From NCBI GenBank assembly GCA_017302095.1, contig JAFLEC010000001.1:1-40144 (forward strand): DNA of 40,144 nt. The letters run 5' to 3'. Numbering within the stretch: the stretch's first letter is position 1; each line of letters opens with the position of its first letter. A program made the position numbers and the translations under genes. Positions 9,434 through 25,605 of the stretch are shown in pieces. This DNA is from Lysobacterales bacterium (GTDB taxonomy: Bacteria; Pseudomonadota; Gammaproteobacteria; Xanthomonadales; Xanthomonadaceae). Under the pieces are notes generated by a model that saw only the letters and a list, made by a program, of their open reading frames with translations, made no database searches and was not told where the DNA came from.

Positions 9434-10333
9434 ATGAGCCAGGCGACGACCTCGCTGCTGCTGGATTGCCGCTGCGAACTCGGCGAAGGCATCCTGTGGT
9501 GCAGCCGTCGGCGCGTGCTCTACTGGGTCGACATCCTCGTATGCGCGCTCTGGCGCTGCGACCCCGCCAGCGGGCACGCGCAATCGTGGCGCGTGCCGGA
9601 ACCACTCGGTTGCATCGGCCTGGGCGAGGATGGTCGGTTACTGCTCGGGCTGGCCAAGGGCCTGTACGCCGCCGATGTCGAGGCGGCGCTGGAACAGCCG
9701 GCCTTGGCATTGCAGAAACTGGCCGACGTCGAGGCTGACGACCCGCATACCCGGATCAACGACGGTCGCGCCGACCGCCACGGCGGCTTCGTGTTCGGCA
9801 CCAAGGACGAACATCCGGAGGGCCGCGGCGCCGGCCGTTACTACCAGTACACCGCGCAACACGGCTTGCGCGAACTGCGCCTGCCTCCCGCCGCGATCCC
9901 GAACGCCATCTGCTTCGACGCGACCGGAGGCCGGATGTACTTCACCGACTCCCCAACCGGGATGATCCGCGCCTGCGATTACGATCCTTCCACCGCCATG
10001 GTGGACGCGCCACGCGACTTCGCAAGCGTGGATGTGCAGGGCGCGGAGCCCGATGGCGCCATCGTCGATGCCGAGGATGCGCTGTGGAATGCGCAGTGGG
10101 GGGCTGGCCGCGTAGTCCGCTACCTTTCCGATGGACGCATCGACCGCATCATCGCACTGCCGGTGAGCCAGCCGACCTGTTGCGTGCTGGCCGGCGATGC
10201 GCTTTACGTGACCACGGCGCGCGTCGGCCTCGCGCCCGATGCGCTTGCGCGGCAACCTGCCGCCGGGGGCGTGTTCCGGGTACCGGTGCCCGCAGGGCTG
10301 GCCCGCGCGGACGACCGGGTGGTGTTGCCATGA
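9434..10333 (+). CDS. SMP-30/gluconolactonase family protein (probable galactonolactonase)
   Basis: LGEGILW, RINDG, PNAICF, PDGAIVDAED.LWNAQWG and PTCC motifs. Confidence 0.9.
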   Translation: MSQATTSLLLDCRCELGEGILWCSRRRVLYWVDILVCALWRCDPASGHAQSWRVPEPLGCIGLGEDGRLLLGLAKGLYAADVEAALEQPALALQKLADVEADDPHTRINDGRADRHGGFVFGTKDEHPEGRGAGRYYQYTAQHGLRELRLPPAAIPNAICFDATGGRMYFTDSPTGMIRACDYDPSTAMVDAPRDFASVDVQGAEPDGAIVDAEDALWNAQWGAGRVVRYLSDGRIDRIIALPVSQPTCCVLAGDALYVTTARVGLAPDALARQPAAGGVFRVPVPAGLARADDRVVLP

Positions 10334-11238
10334 TCGCGGTCGACTGGGGCACGAGCAGCCTGCGGCTGTATCGCCTCGATGCTGCGGGCATGGTGCTGGA
10401 GCGCCGCCGCAGCGACGAAGGCGTGCTCGCCAGTGCTGGTCGTTTCGGTGACGTGCTGGCGCGTGGCATCGCCGGTTGGGACGACCCGGTGGTCCTGTTG
10501 TGCGGGATGGTGGGCGGTCGCGGCGGTTGGCAGGAAGTGCCCTACCTCGATTGCCCGGCCGGCATCGCCGAGCTGGCCGATGGCATGCAGCAGATCCAGC
10601 CGCGCGGGTTCGACGGACGCGCCCTGTGGATCATGCCAGGACTGCGCGACGCCGCCGGCGACGGCATGCCCGACGTGATGCGCGGCGAGGAAACCCAACT
10701 TGCGGCGTTGCTGGATGCGCTCGTGGTCGGCAGCCACCTGGTCTGCCTGCCGGGCACGCACAGCAAGTGGGTCAACGTCCGCAACGGTTGCATCCAGCGC
10801 ATCGCCACCGCGATGACCGGCGAGGTCTACGCGGTGCTGCGCAAGCACAGCATCCTCGGCAGGCTGATGCCCGCCGAGGATGGACGCTTCGATGCCTTCG
10901 CCTTCGAGGCCGGCCTGCATCGCAGCGGCGAGGAAGGGGGGCTGCTGCACCACCTGTTCGGCGTGCGCACTGCCGGACTGTTCCGGCAGGTCGCCGAGCC
11001 CGCACTGCCGTCGTACCTCTCGGGCCTGCTGATCGGCCACGAATTGCGGGGCTGCGGCGTGTTCACCCAACGGCCGCGGCCCGCGCAGGTCCACCTTGTC
11101 GGCAACGACCGCCTGCTCGGCGCCTATGCGCATGCGCTGACCGCGTTGGGCATCGGCGTGCAGCGACATCCCGAAGACCTCGCCGCGCACGGACTGCACG
11201 CGCTCTGGACGCGCCGCACCGCCGCCGTCGCGGCCTGA
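10330..11238 (+). CDS. dgoK: 2-dehydro-3-deoxygalactonokinase
   Basis: IAVDWGTSSLR, GMVGGRGGWQEVPY, DVMRGEETQ, LPGTHSKW and YLSGLLIGHE. Confidence 0.95.
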   Translation: MIAVDWGTSSLRLYRLDAAGMVLERRRSDEGVLASAGRFGDVLARGIAGWDDPVVLLCGMVGGRGGWQEVPYLDCPAGIAELADGMQQIQPRGFDGRALWIMPGLRDAAGDGMPDVMRGEETQLAALLDALVVGSHLVCLPGTHSKWVNVRNGCIQRIATAMTGEVYAVLRKHSILGRLMPAEDGRFDAFAFEAGLHRSGEEGGLLHHLFGVRTAGLFRQVAEPALPSYLSGLLIGHELRGCGVFTQRPRPAQVHLVGNDRLLGAYAHALTALGIGVQRHPEDLAAHGLHALWTRRTAAVAA

Positions 11239-11277
11239 CCGCGCCTGCCACCACCTCCAGTCCCGAGGGGACGCCGC

Positions 11278-12975
11278 ATGACCAGATGGGCCCTGCTCTT
11301 CCTCCTGCTGATTGCGCAACTGCCGGCCCGGGCAGGCGAAGTGGTGTTCACCGAGGTCGGCTACATCGGCGACGACGGTGGCCCGGCGCCCGGCCCGGAC
11401 CAGTACCGCAACCCGGTGCTCGCAGGCTTCTACCCGGATCCCTCGGCGATCCGGGTGGGCGATGATTTCTACCTGGTCACCTCCACCTTCGGCTATTTCC
11501 CGGGCCTGCCGGTCTTCCACAGCCGCGACCTGGTGTCGTGGACGCAGATCGGCAACGCCATCCATCGACCGGGGCAGCTGAATTACGGCGCGAACGAAGA
11601 GCTGACCCGTGGCCTGTTCGCCCCCGCGATCAGCTACCACGACGGGCTGTTCTACATCGCCAACACCTGCTTCTACTGCGACCGCGGGAACTACCTGGTC
11701 ACGGCAAAGGATCCGGCCGGCCCTTGGTCGGATCCGATCTGGCTTGGGTTCACGGGCATCGACCCGTCCCTGTTCTTCGATGACGACGGCAGCGCCTGGA
11801 TCGTGAACAACGACGTCCCGCAGGGGACGATGCGTTACGACGGCCACCGCGCGATCTGGCTGCAGCGCTACGACGTGGCGGCGCGCAAGATGGTCGGGCC
11901 ACGCACCGTGATCGTGGATGGCGGCGCCGATCCCGCCAGCAAGCCGGAGCATGTCGAAGGACCGCACATCTTCAAGCATGCGGGTTGGTACTACCTGACT
12001 GCAGCGGAAGGCGGCACGGGAGACATGCATGCGCAGATGATCTGGCGAAGCAAGCGCGTGGGCGGTCCGTACCTGCCTTTCCCCGGCAACCCGATCCTGA
12101 CCCAGCGCGACCTCGATCCGAATCGACGCGATCCGGTGACCTCGACCGGCCATGCGCAATTCATCCGGTTGCGGGACGGCAGCTGGTGGACCGTGTTCCT
12201 CGCCACCCGGCCTTACCGCGGCGATCAGTACAAGTACAACCTGGGCCGCGAGACCTTCCTGTTGCCGGTGTCGTGGAAGGATGGTTGGCCCCAGGTGTTG
12301 CCGCGCGGCGCGCGCGTACCGCTGCTGGTGGATCGCCCGCACCTGCCGCACGCCACGCAGGCGTATCCGACCAGCGGCCCGATGCGCTGGAACGAACACT
12401 TCACTGCGCCCAGCCTGCCATTGCAGTGGATGACCCTGCATGCGCCGCAGGCCCCATGGTTCCGCACCGGTGCCGGCCTCGTGATCACGCCATCGACCGT
12501 GCCGCTCGGCGTGCAGGGGATCGGTGGCGGCGTGCAGCCGGCCTACGTCGCCCACCGACTGCAGCACCATGCAGCGACGATGACCGTGACCGTGGCGCCA
12601 TGGTCGCCCGCCGTCGGGGAGCGGGCCGGGCTGGTCCTGCTGCAGAACGAAACCCATCACGCGATGGTGGTCGTCGAACGCGATGAACAGGGATTGGCGG
12701 TGTCGGTGTATCGCCGCGCCGGCAAGGCGATGCCCGCGACAGGCGAGCGGCTGGCGCGGGTCGCACTCGGCACTTTCGATCGGCCGATCACCCTCGGCTT
12801 CAAGCTGGATGCCCCGGTGCTGGATGCGTATTTCGTCCCGACGGGTGGCGATCGGACGCCGGTCGCCAGCGGGCTGGATGCGAGCCTGCTCAGCGTGCAG
12901 ACCGCCGGCGGTTTCATCGGCAATACCTTCGGCCCCTACGCATACCGTCCACCGGCGCCGGGGTCGGCGCAATGA
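11278..12975 (+). CDS. Secreted GH43 glycoside hydrolase (beta-xylosidase/alpha-L-arabinofuranosidase) with C-terminal beta-sandwich
   Basis: Signal peptide, NPVLAGFYPDPS (base), GIDPSLF (pKa modulator), EGPHIFK (acid), GHAQF, LGRETFL and GGFIG. Confidence 0.92.
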   Translation: MTRWALLFLLLIAQLPARAGEVVFTEVGYIGDDGGPAPGPDQYRNPVLAGFYPDPSAIRVGDDFYLVTSTFGYFPGLPVFHSRDLVSWTQIGNAIHRPGQLNYGANEELTRGLFAPAISYHDGLFYIANTCFYCDRGNYLVTAKDPAGPWSDPIWLGFTGIDPSLFFDDDGSAWIVNNDVPQGTMRYDGHRAIWLQRYDVAARKMVGPRTVIVDGGADPASKPEHVEGPHIFKHAGWYYLTAAEGGTGDMHAQMIWRSKRVGGPYLPFPGNPILTQRDLDPNRRDPVTSTGHAQFIRLRDGSWWTVFLATRPYRGDQYKYNLGRETFLLPVSWKDGWPQVLPRGARVPLLVDRPHLPHATQAYPTSGPMRWNEHFTAPSLPLQWMTLHAPQAPWFRTGAGLVITPSTVPLGVQGIGGGVQPAYVAHRLQHHAATMTVTVAPWSPAVGERAGLVLLQNETHHAMVVVERDEQGLAVSVYRRAGKAMPATGERLARVALGTFDRPITLGFKLDAPVLDAYFVPTGGDRTPVASGLDASLLSVQTAGGFIGNTFGPYAYRPPAPGSAQ

Positions 12976-13021
12976 CACGGCTCCGCGCATCACCGGCCGC
13001 TCTCACGGCTCGGTGAGGGAG

Positions 13022-13420
13022 TCAGCCCGGGCCGCGCACCAGTGCGGCCAGCCGCGCCCCCGCCCACACCAGCAGCAAGCCGGCGACCACGGTCCCGCCC
13101 AGGTAGCCCAGCAGCACGTCCTGGCGACTCGAGCGCGCCATGAGCAGGCATTCCAGCATGAGCGCCGAATAGGTCGTCAGCCCGCCCAACAGACCGACGA
13201 TCAGGAACGCCCGCCAGTACAGCGCCTGCGGGCCGCGTCCCTCCAGCCAAACCGCGATGAAGCCGACCGCGAACGAGCCGATCAGGTTCACCGCGAGCGT
13301 GCCGTAGGGAATGCCGTTGCCGAACTGGCGCAACAGGATCCCGCCAAGCCAATAACGCCCGGCCGCTCCGAGTGCGCCGCCGAGCATGACCAGCACCAAT
13401 TGCTGCGCCCAAGGCGTCAT
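13022..13420 (-). CDS. crcB: Fluoride channel CrcB/Fluc
   Basis: GGALGAAGRY, GTLAVNLIGSF and GLLGGLTTYS, with four hydrophobic segments. Lies after rarA as in many gammaproteobacteria. Confidence 0.9.
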   Translation of the reverse strand: MTPWAQQLVLVMLGGALGAAGRYWLGGILLRQFGNGIPYGTLAVNLIGSFAVGFIAVWLEGRGPQALYWRAFLIVGLLGGLTTYSALMLECLLMARSSRQDVLLGYLGGTVVAGLLLVWAGARLAALVRGPG

Positions 13421-14778
13421 CGTTTGGCCTTGCGTGCATGCTGGCGGGCGTCGCGCAACGCGTCCAGCTTGTCCTTGAGCTTGGCCTCCATGCCGCGCGT
13501 CGTGGGCTCGTAGTACACCTGCTCGCCGATCGCGTCCGGGAAGCCGGTCTGGTCCAGCGCGACGCCGCCCTCGAGGTCGTGGTCGTACTGGTAGTCCTTG
13601 CCGTAACCCAGCGATTTCATCAGGCCGGTCGGTGCGTTGCGGATGTGCATCGGCACCGGCTGTGTCCCATGGGCCTCGACATCCGCGCGCGCCCGCTTCC
13701 AGGCCACGTAGCCGGCATTCGACTTGGCGGTGCTCGCCAGGTACAGCGTGAGCTGGGCCAGCGCGAGGTCACCTTCCGGCGAACCGAGGCGGTCATGGGC
13801 CTGCCATGCCTCGATCGCCATCTGCAGCGCACGCGGATCGGCCAGGCCGATGTCTTCGACCGCCATCCGGGTCAGCCGCCTGGCCAGGTAGGCCGGATCG
13901 GCGCCGCCGTCCAGCATGCGGGCGAACCAATACAGCGCGGCATCCGGATTGGAGCTGCGTACGCTCTTGTGCAGCGCCGAGATCTGGTCGTAGAACGCGT
14001 CGCCGCCTTTGTCGAAGCGCCGGGTGCGGTCGGCCAGGACCTGCTGCAGGGTGTGCTCGCCGACCACCCCGCCCTCGCCCGCCGCGAGGTCGGCGGCGAT
14101 CTCCAGCAGGGTGAGCGCGCGACGGACATCGCCATCCGCGGCGATCGCGACCTGCTGCAGCAACGCCGGTGCGATGGCGATGCCACGGCCGCCGAGGCCG
14201 CGTTCGGGATCCTCCAGTGCGCGGTGGAGGGCGCGTGCGATGTCGTCCGGCGACACCGCTTCCAGCACGTGCACGCGACAGCGCGACAGCAACGCGGAGT
14301 TCAGTTCGAAGGACGGGTTCTCGGTGGTCGCGCCGACGAACAGGATCGTGCCGCGCTCGATGTGCGGCAGGAAGGCATCCTGCTGGGTCTTGTTGAACCG
14401 ATGCACCTCGTCGACGAACAGCACCGTGCGGCGCCCGCCCTCGAAACGCGCCTGTGCCTGCGCGAGCACCTCGCGGACCTGCGGCAGGCCGGACAGCACC
14501 GCCGAGATCGCGACGAATTCGGCATCCGCATACTGCGCAAGCAGCAGGGCCAAGGTGGTCTTGCCACAGCCGGGCGGTCCCCACAGCACCATCGAATGCA
14601 GGCGGCCGGCTTCGATCGCACGCCGCAGCGCCGAACCCGGTGCCACCAAACGCCCCTGCCCGACCATGTCCTCGAGGCTGCGCGGACGCATGCGTTCCGC
14701 CAGCGGACGCATCGCCAGCGATTCGGCCGGATCGGTCAGGAGGCCGCCATCGGCGGCTGCGGGTCGGGAGGCTGGCAC
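13417..14778 (-). CDS. rarA: Replication-associated recombination AAA+ ATPase RarA/MgsA
   Basis: PLAERMRP, GPPGCGKTT, DEVHRFNKTQQD and ISALHKSVRSSNPDAALYW. Start is GTG 14778 (or a downstream ATG). Confidence 0.96.
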   Translation of the reverse strand: MPASRPAAADGGLLTDPAESLAMRPLAERMRPRSLEDMVGQGRLVAPGSALRRAIEAGRLHSMVLWGPPGCGKTTLALLLAQYADAEFVAISAVLSGLPQVREVLAQAQARFEGGRRTVLFVDEVHRFNKTQQDAFLPHIERGTILFVGATTENPSFELNSALLSRCRVHVLEAVSPDDIARALHRALEDPERGLGGRGIAIAPALLQQVAIAADGDVRRALTLLEIAADLAAGEGGVVGEHTLQQVLADRTRRFDKGGDAFYDQISALHKSVRSSNPDAALYWFARMLDGGADPAYLARRLTRMAVEDIGLADPRALQMAIEAWQAHDRLGSPEGDLALAQLTLYLASTAKSNAGYVAWKRARADVEAHGTQPVPMHIRNAPTGLMKSLGYGKDYQYDHDLEGGVALDQTGFPDAIGEQVYYEPTTRGMEAKLKDKLDALRDARQHARKAKR

Positions 14779-14787
14779 CCGCCGATT

Positions 14788-15480
14788 CTAGCGTGCGGCT
14801 ACCGCCTCGCCGGCGCCCGCCTCGAGCTCGAAGTCGTAACTGGGCTGCAGCCAGCGGCCGGCCTGGCGGTCGTACAGGGCGCGCACCTGCAGCGGCACGC
14901 GCTCATCGCCGTCGAAAGTCACCACGGCTTCCGCGGCGACGATGTCGCGGCGGCCATCGCTGCCGATCACCTGCGCCTTGCCCAGGTCCACGGCCACGTC
15001 GTTCGACAGGAATTCGTCATCCAGCGCGGCATCCAGGGCCTGCGCCAGACGCGGCAACGGCAGCGTCTCCGCAGACTTGGCCGTCGCCGTCCGCGCACCG
15101 ATGAGGATGTTGGGGCTCTCGACGACCATCGCGGTCGTGTCGTACAGCGCGTCGTAGCGGATGGGCATCCACGCCGCCGTGCCCTCGAAACGGATGCTGG
15201 CATCCCCGTGCAGGGCGAGGTCGCGCAGGCTAACGCGTTGTGCCGCCACCTGCCCGAGCCGCAGTTCGATGCGTTCGCCTGCGAAGCGCGATTGCAGTGC
15301 ACCGATCAGGGCTGCGGCGGTTGCGGCATCGATCGCTGCGCGGGCTTGCGCGTCCTGGGTCGGCGCGTCCGCGGCCTGCGCCGTCGCCTTGCCCTCGACG
15401 AGCAGGTGGGGGACGTCCGCGGCAGCGACGGTGCCGGCGGCGATGATGCCGATCAAGGCGGCGGCGAGCAGGCGATGCAT
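14788..15480 (-). CDS. Exported hypothetical protein with two internal repeats
   Basis: Signal peptide MHRLLAAALIGIIAAGTVAAA. Co-oriented between lolA and rarA, with two ~70-aa segments ending in ALYD. Confidence 0.75.
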   Translation of the reverse strand: MHRLLAAALIGIIAAGTVAAADVPHLLVEGKATAQAADAPTQDAQARAAIDAATAAALIGALQSRFAGERIELRLGQVAAQRVSLRDLALHGDASIRFEGTAAWMPIRYDALYDTTAMVVESPNILIGARTATAKSAETLPLPRLAQALDAALDDEFLSNDVAVDLGKAQVIGSDGRRDIVAAEAVVTFDGDERVPLQVRALYDRQAGRWLQPSYDFELEAGAGEAVAAR

Positions 15481-15580
15481 GGGACGTATCCGGTGCGGGA
15501 TGCGTCCAGATTCGCGGATCGCGCGTCGAACGCACGTGATCGATGAGGTGGCTGGCTGAACACCGGCCGACCCGCGATCG

Positions 15581-16198
15581 TCACCCGCCGATCACGTCCA
15601 CGCCCTTCGCCGGCACGAACACGAAGGTGCCCTTGGCGAACGCAGGATTGCGCTTCCATTGGCCAAAACCGATCACCGTGCGCTGGCCCAGCGCATCCAC
15701 GTATTCCATCTTCGCCAGCCCGCCCTTCGCGAAACCGAGGCGCGCGCTCTTGAAGGCGGCCTCGCCGCTGCGCGGGGTCAGTTTCATCCACTCCACGCCG
15801 TCGCGGGCGCCGTCTTCCCGCACCACGAAATCGCGATCGAGCCTGGCCGGATCGAGCAGGATCGCCAGCGGGCTGTTGGCCTCCTCCACGCCTTGCGGAC
15901 GCTTGCTGGCCTGCTGCAGGTCGGGATCGTAGACCCACACCGTCTTGCCGTCGGCCACGATCAGCTGCGGGTACGGCTTGGCGTACTCCCAACGGAACAA
16001 GCGCGGGGCCGACACGGCGACACGGCCGGTGGACGCTTCCTTCTGCTTGCCGCGCTGGTCGAAGACCTGCTGGCTGAATTGTCCATCGAGGCCCTTGAGG
16101 CCTTGGGTGAAGGCCTGCAACTGCTCGCGTGCGCCCGCCTGCGCGCCTTGGGCGACGAGCAACAGGGCGGCGGCGATGAGGGTCGGTCGGATGCGCAT
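15581..16198 (-). CDS. lolA: Outer-membrane lipoprotein chaperone LolA
   Basis: MRIRPTLIAA signal peptide, APRLFRWEY..PYPQLIVADGKTVWVYDPDLQQ and SPLAIL. ftsK-lolA-rarA synteny. Confidence 0.95.
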   Translation of the reverse strand: MRIRPTLIAAALLLVAQGAQAGAREQLQAFTQGLKGLDGQFSQQVFDQRGKQKEASTGRVAVSAPRLFRWEYAKPYPQLIVADGKTVWVYDPDLQQASKRPQGVEEANSPLAILLDPARLDRDFVVREDGARDGVEWMKLTPRSGEAAFKSARLGFAKGGLAKMEYVDALGQRTVIGFGQWKRNPAFAKGTFVFVPAKGVDVIGG

Positions 16199-16284
16199 GC
16201 AAGTCTCCGTTCTGCGATTGCGCGCAGTCTCCGACAGCGAGCCTGAATGCGCGTACACGGCCAGTCGCCGGCGTTGGCGTGCGC

Positions 16285-18660
<2,376 letters not shown>

Positions 18661-18706
18661 CTTGCGATCGAACCTCAGGAACTTCCCCTAGGTCCTTGAA
18701 TATACG

Positions 18707-20873
<2,167 letters not shown>

Positions 20874-20874
<1 letters not shown>

Positions 20875-22019
20875 TGCCCACGGCGCGCCTGCACCGCGCG
20901 CTGTCCGAACTCCCCGCCGCCGACTGGGATGCGCTGCACGACGGGCGCAACCCGTTCGTCGCCCACGCCTTCCTGGACGGCCTCGAACGCACCGGCTGCC
21001 TACGCCCCGACTGGGGCTGGACGCCCTGCCACCTCGGGCTGTGGGAGGGCGATGCCCTGGTCGCCGCCGCGCCCGGCTACCTCAAGGCCAACTCGCACGG
21101 CGAGTTCGTGTTCGACCATGCCTGGGCGCAGGCCTATGCCCGCCACGGCCTCGACTACTACCCCAAGTGGCTGTGCGCGGTGCCCTATTCCCCCGTCACC
21201 GGGCCGCGCCTGCTGGCACGCGACGATGCCGCGCGACGCCGCTTGCCGGCGGCGATCGCCGGCTTCGTCCAGCGCAGCGGGCTGTCCTCGGCGCACGTGA
21301 ACTTCCATGACGCCGCCAGCGAGGCGGCCTTCGCTGCGGAGCCCGAAGACGCCGGCTGGATGCTGCGCGAGGACCTGCAGTACCACTGGCGCAACGACGC
21401 CGGCTGGCGCGATTTCGAGGCATTCCTCGGCGCGATGGACCACAGGCACCGCAAGAACATCCGCCAGGAGCGGCGCAAGGTGCGCGATGCCGGCATCGTC
21501 GTGCGCGTCGTGCATGGCGACGAGGCGAGCGACGACGACCTCGCGGCGATGCACGGCTTCTACCTCGCGACCTTCGCCGACTACGGCAATTCGCCGGCGC
21601 TGACGCTGGAGTTCATCCACCACCTTGCCGAAGCGATGCCACGGCAGCTGGTGCTGATGCTGGCCGAACGCGATGGCCGGGCGATCGCCGGCGCGCTGTG
21701 CCTGCGCGGTGGCGACACCCTGTACGGACGCTACTGGGGCGCCAGTGAACGCCATCCCGGACTGCATTTCGAGACCTGCTATTACCAAGGCATCGACTAT
21801 TGCCTGCGCGAGGGCCTGCGGCAGTTCGAGCCCGGCGCGCAAGGCGAGCACAAGATCGCCCGCGGCTTCCTGCCGGTGCGCGTGCGCAGCCGCCACTGGA
21901 TCGCCGATCCGCGCTTCGCCCAGGCCCTGCACGGCTGGTGCGCGGAGGAACGCGCCGCGGTCGAGGCGCAACGGCAGGCCCTGCAGCGGCACGCGCCTTT
22001 TCGCGGAGACGCCGCGTGA
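20874..22019 (+). CDS. FemAB-like GNAT protein (DUF482, peptidoglycan biosynthesis/recognition family)
   Basis: NPFV.HAFL..LE, KANSHGEFVFDHAWA, YYPKW...PYSP, LYGRYWG, LHFETCYYQGI and GAQGEHKIARGF. TGATG overlap with trxB. Confidence 0.88.
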
Positions 22020-22762
22020 ACGTGCCGATCCCGGAGCTAGGGGCGGATCCGGCCGCGCCCTTCCCGGCGCCGGACAGCGCCCTGCGCGAGCCCGATGGCC
22101 TGCTGGCGTATGGCGGCGACCTCAACCCGACCCGGTTCCTCAACGCCTACCGCCACGGCATCTTCCCGTGGTTCACCGACGGCGACCCGATCCTGTGGTG
22201 GAGCCCGTCGCGCCGCGCGGTGTTCCGCACCGATCGCGTGCACCTGGCATCCCGATTGCGGCGACAGCTGCGCAACAGCGACTGGGTGGTGCGCGCCGAC
22301 ACCGCATTCGCCGACGTGGTGGCCGGTTGCGCCGCGCCGCGCGCGGGCCAGTCGGGTGGCACCTGGATCACCGCCGACATGCGGGCGGCCTACATCGAAC
22401 TGCATCGCCTCGGCCATGCGCACAGCATCGAGGCCTACGACGGCGATCGCCTGGTGGGTGGGCTGTTCGGATTGTCGTTCGGGCACGTGTTCTGCGGCGA
22501 CAGCATGTTCTCCGCGGCATCCGGCGCGTCCAGCCTGGCACTGGCGGCGCTGGCCCTGCGCCTGCGCGCCTGGGGCTGGCCGCTGATCGATGCGCAGGTG
22601 CCGAACGCGCATACCCGCAGGCTCGGAGTCGAAGCCTGGCCGCGTGCGGAGTACCTGGATGCGCTCGCCGGCCTGCGCGACCTGCCGTCCGAACCGGGCC
22701 ACTGGCAGGCACGGTTCGGCACGGTGGCGGCCGCCGATGCCTGTGCCCCGCGTCCCGCTTAA
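22016..22762 (+). CDS. aat: Leucyl/phenylalanyl-tRNA-protein transferase
   Basis: EPDGLLAYGGDL, AYRHGIFPW, PILWWSP, GTWIT, GHAHSIE, SMFS and LIDAQ. GTG start overlaps the upstream stop. Confidence 0.95.
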   Translation: MNVPIPELGADPAAPFPAPDSALREPDGLLAYGGDLNPTRFLNAYRHGIFPWFTDGDPILWWSPSRRAVFRTDRVHLASRLRRQLRNSDWVVRADTAFADVVAGCAAPRAGQSGGTWITADMRAAYIELHRLGHAHSIEAYDGDRLVGGLFGLSFGHVFCGDSMFSAASGASSLALAALALRLRAWGWPLIDAQVPNAHTRRLGVEAWPRAEYLDALAGLRDLPSEPGHWQARFGTVAAADACAPRPA

Positions 22763-22770
22763 CGGGATTT

Positions 22771-22799
22771 TTGCAAGCCCCCGCCGCGCGTGCGACAAT
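22771..22799 (+). promoter_or_regulatory. Sigma70-type promoter of infA
   Basis: TTGCAA-N17-GACAAT with TGn extension. Confidence 0.6.
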
Positions 22800-22849
22800 G
22801 CGCGGCTTCCGGGCCCTTTGCCCGGCCTCTCGCAACAACGCAGGACCAC

Positions 22850-23068
22850 ATGGCGAAAGACGACGTCATCGAATTCGAAGGCACGATCTCCGAGACCCTC
22901 CCGAACACCATGTTCCGGGTCAAGCTGGAGAACGGCCACGAGATCATCGCGCACATCTCCGGACGCATGCGCAAGAACTACATCCGCATCCTCACGGGAG
23001 ACCGGGTCAAGGTCGAAATGACCCCGTACGACCTGAGCAAGGGGCGCATCACCTACCGCCATCGCTGA
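22850..23068 (+). CDS. infA: Translation initiation factor IF-1
   Basis: [27 protein letters not shown]...[17 protein letters not shown], 72 aa. Confidence 0.98.
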   Translation: MAKDDVIEFEGTISETLPNTMFRVKLENGHEIIAHISGRMRKNYIRILTGDRVKVEMTPYDLSKGRITYRHR

Positions 23069-23088
23069 CTGCGATCGCGCGTTGCAAG

Positions 23089-23113
23089 AAAAGGCGGCCA
23101 TGTGCCGCCTTTT
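23089..23113. terminator. Bidirectional intrinsic terminator between infA and clpA
   Basis: AAAAGGCGGC-CATGT-GCCGCCTTTT, flanked by A and T tracts, between convergent genes. Confidence 0.85.
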
Positions 23114-23133
23114 TCATTTTCGTGGGTGGGGGT

Positions 23134-23238
23134 GGATCGCCGATGGACCGGGCCATTCCGCGGCTGTCCCCCGGCGTCGGGCGCCTGCCCGCCTCCTCCT
23201 CCTTGATGCCGCGCCATGGCCCAGTCCACCGTCGATCC
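23134..23238 (-). repeat. Long imperfect inverted repeat / candidate structured RNA in the clpA 3' region
   Basis: 23-nt arms (23134-23156 and 23216-23238) with 20/23 Watson-Crick pairs plus 2 G-U on the minus strand. The loop contains AAGGAGGAGGAGG. Confidence 0.55.
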
Positions 23239-23254
23239 GGCGGGAAGCGCGTGT

Positions 23255-25534
<2,280 letters not shown>

Positions 25535-25605
25535 GGGGCTGTCCTCTGGAACGCTGACCCTCTATGTAGGGTGCCTACGCCCCCAGGGCAAGTGCCGGAT
25601 GCGGA

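Noticed and set aside
12976-13011. 8-bp direct repeat CACGGCTC at the GH43/crcB junction
   Set aside because: Too short to distinguish from chance in GC-rich DNA, and no matching site is visible at the other island end.
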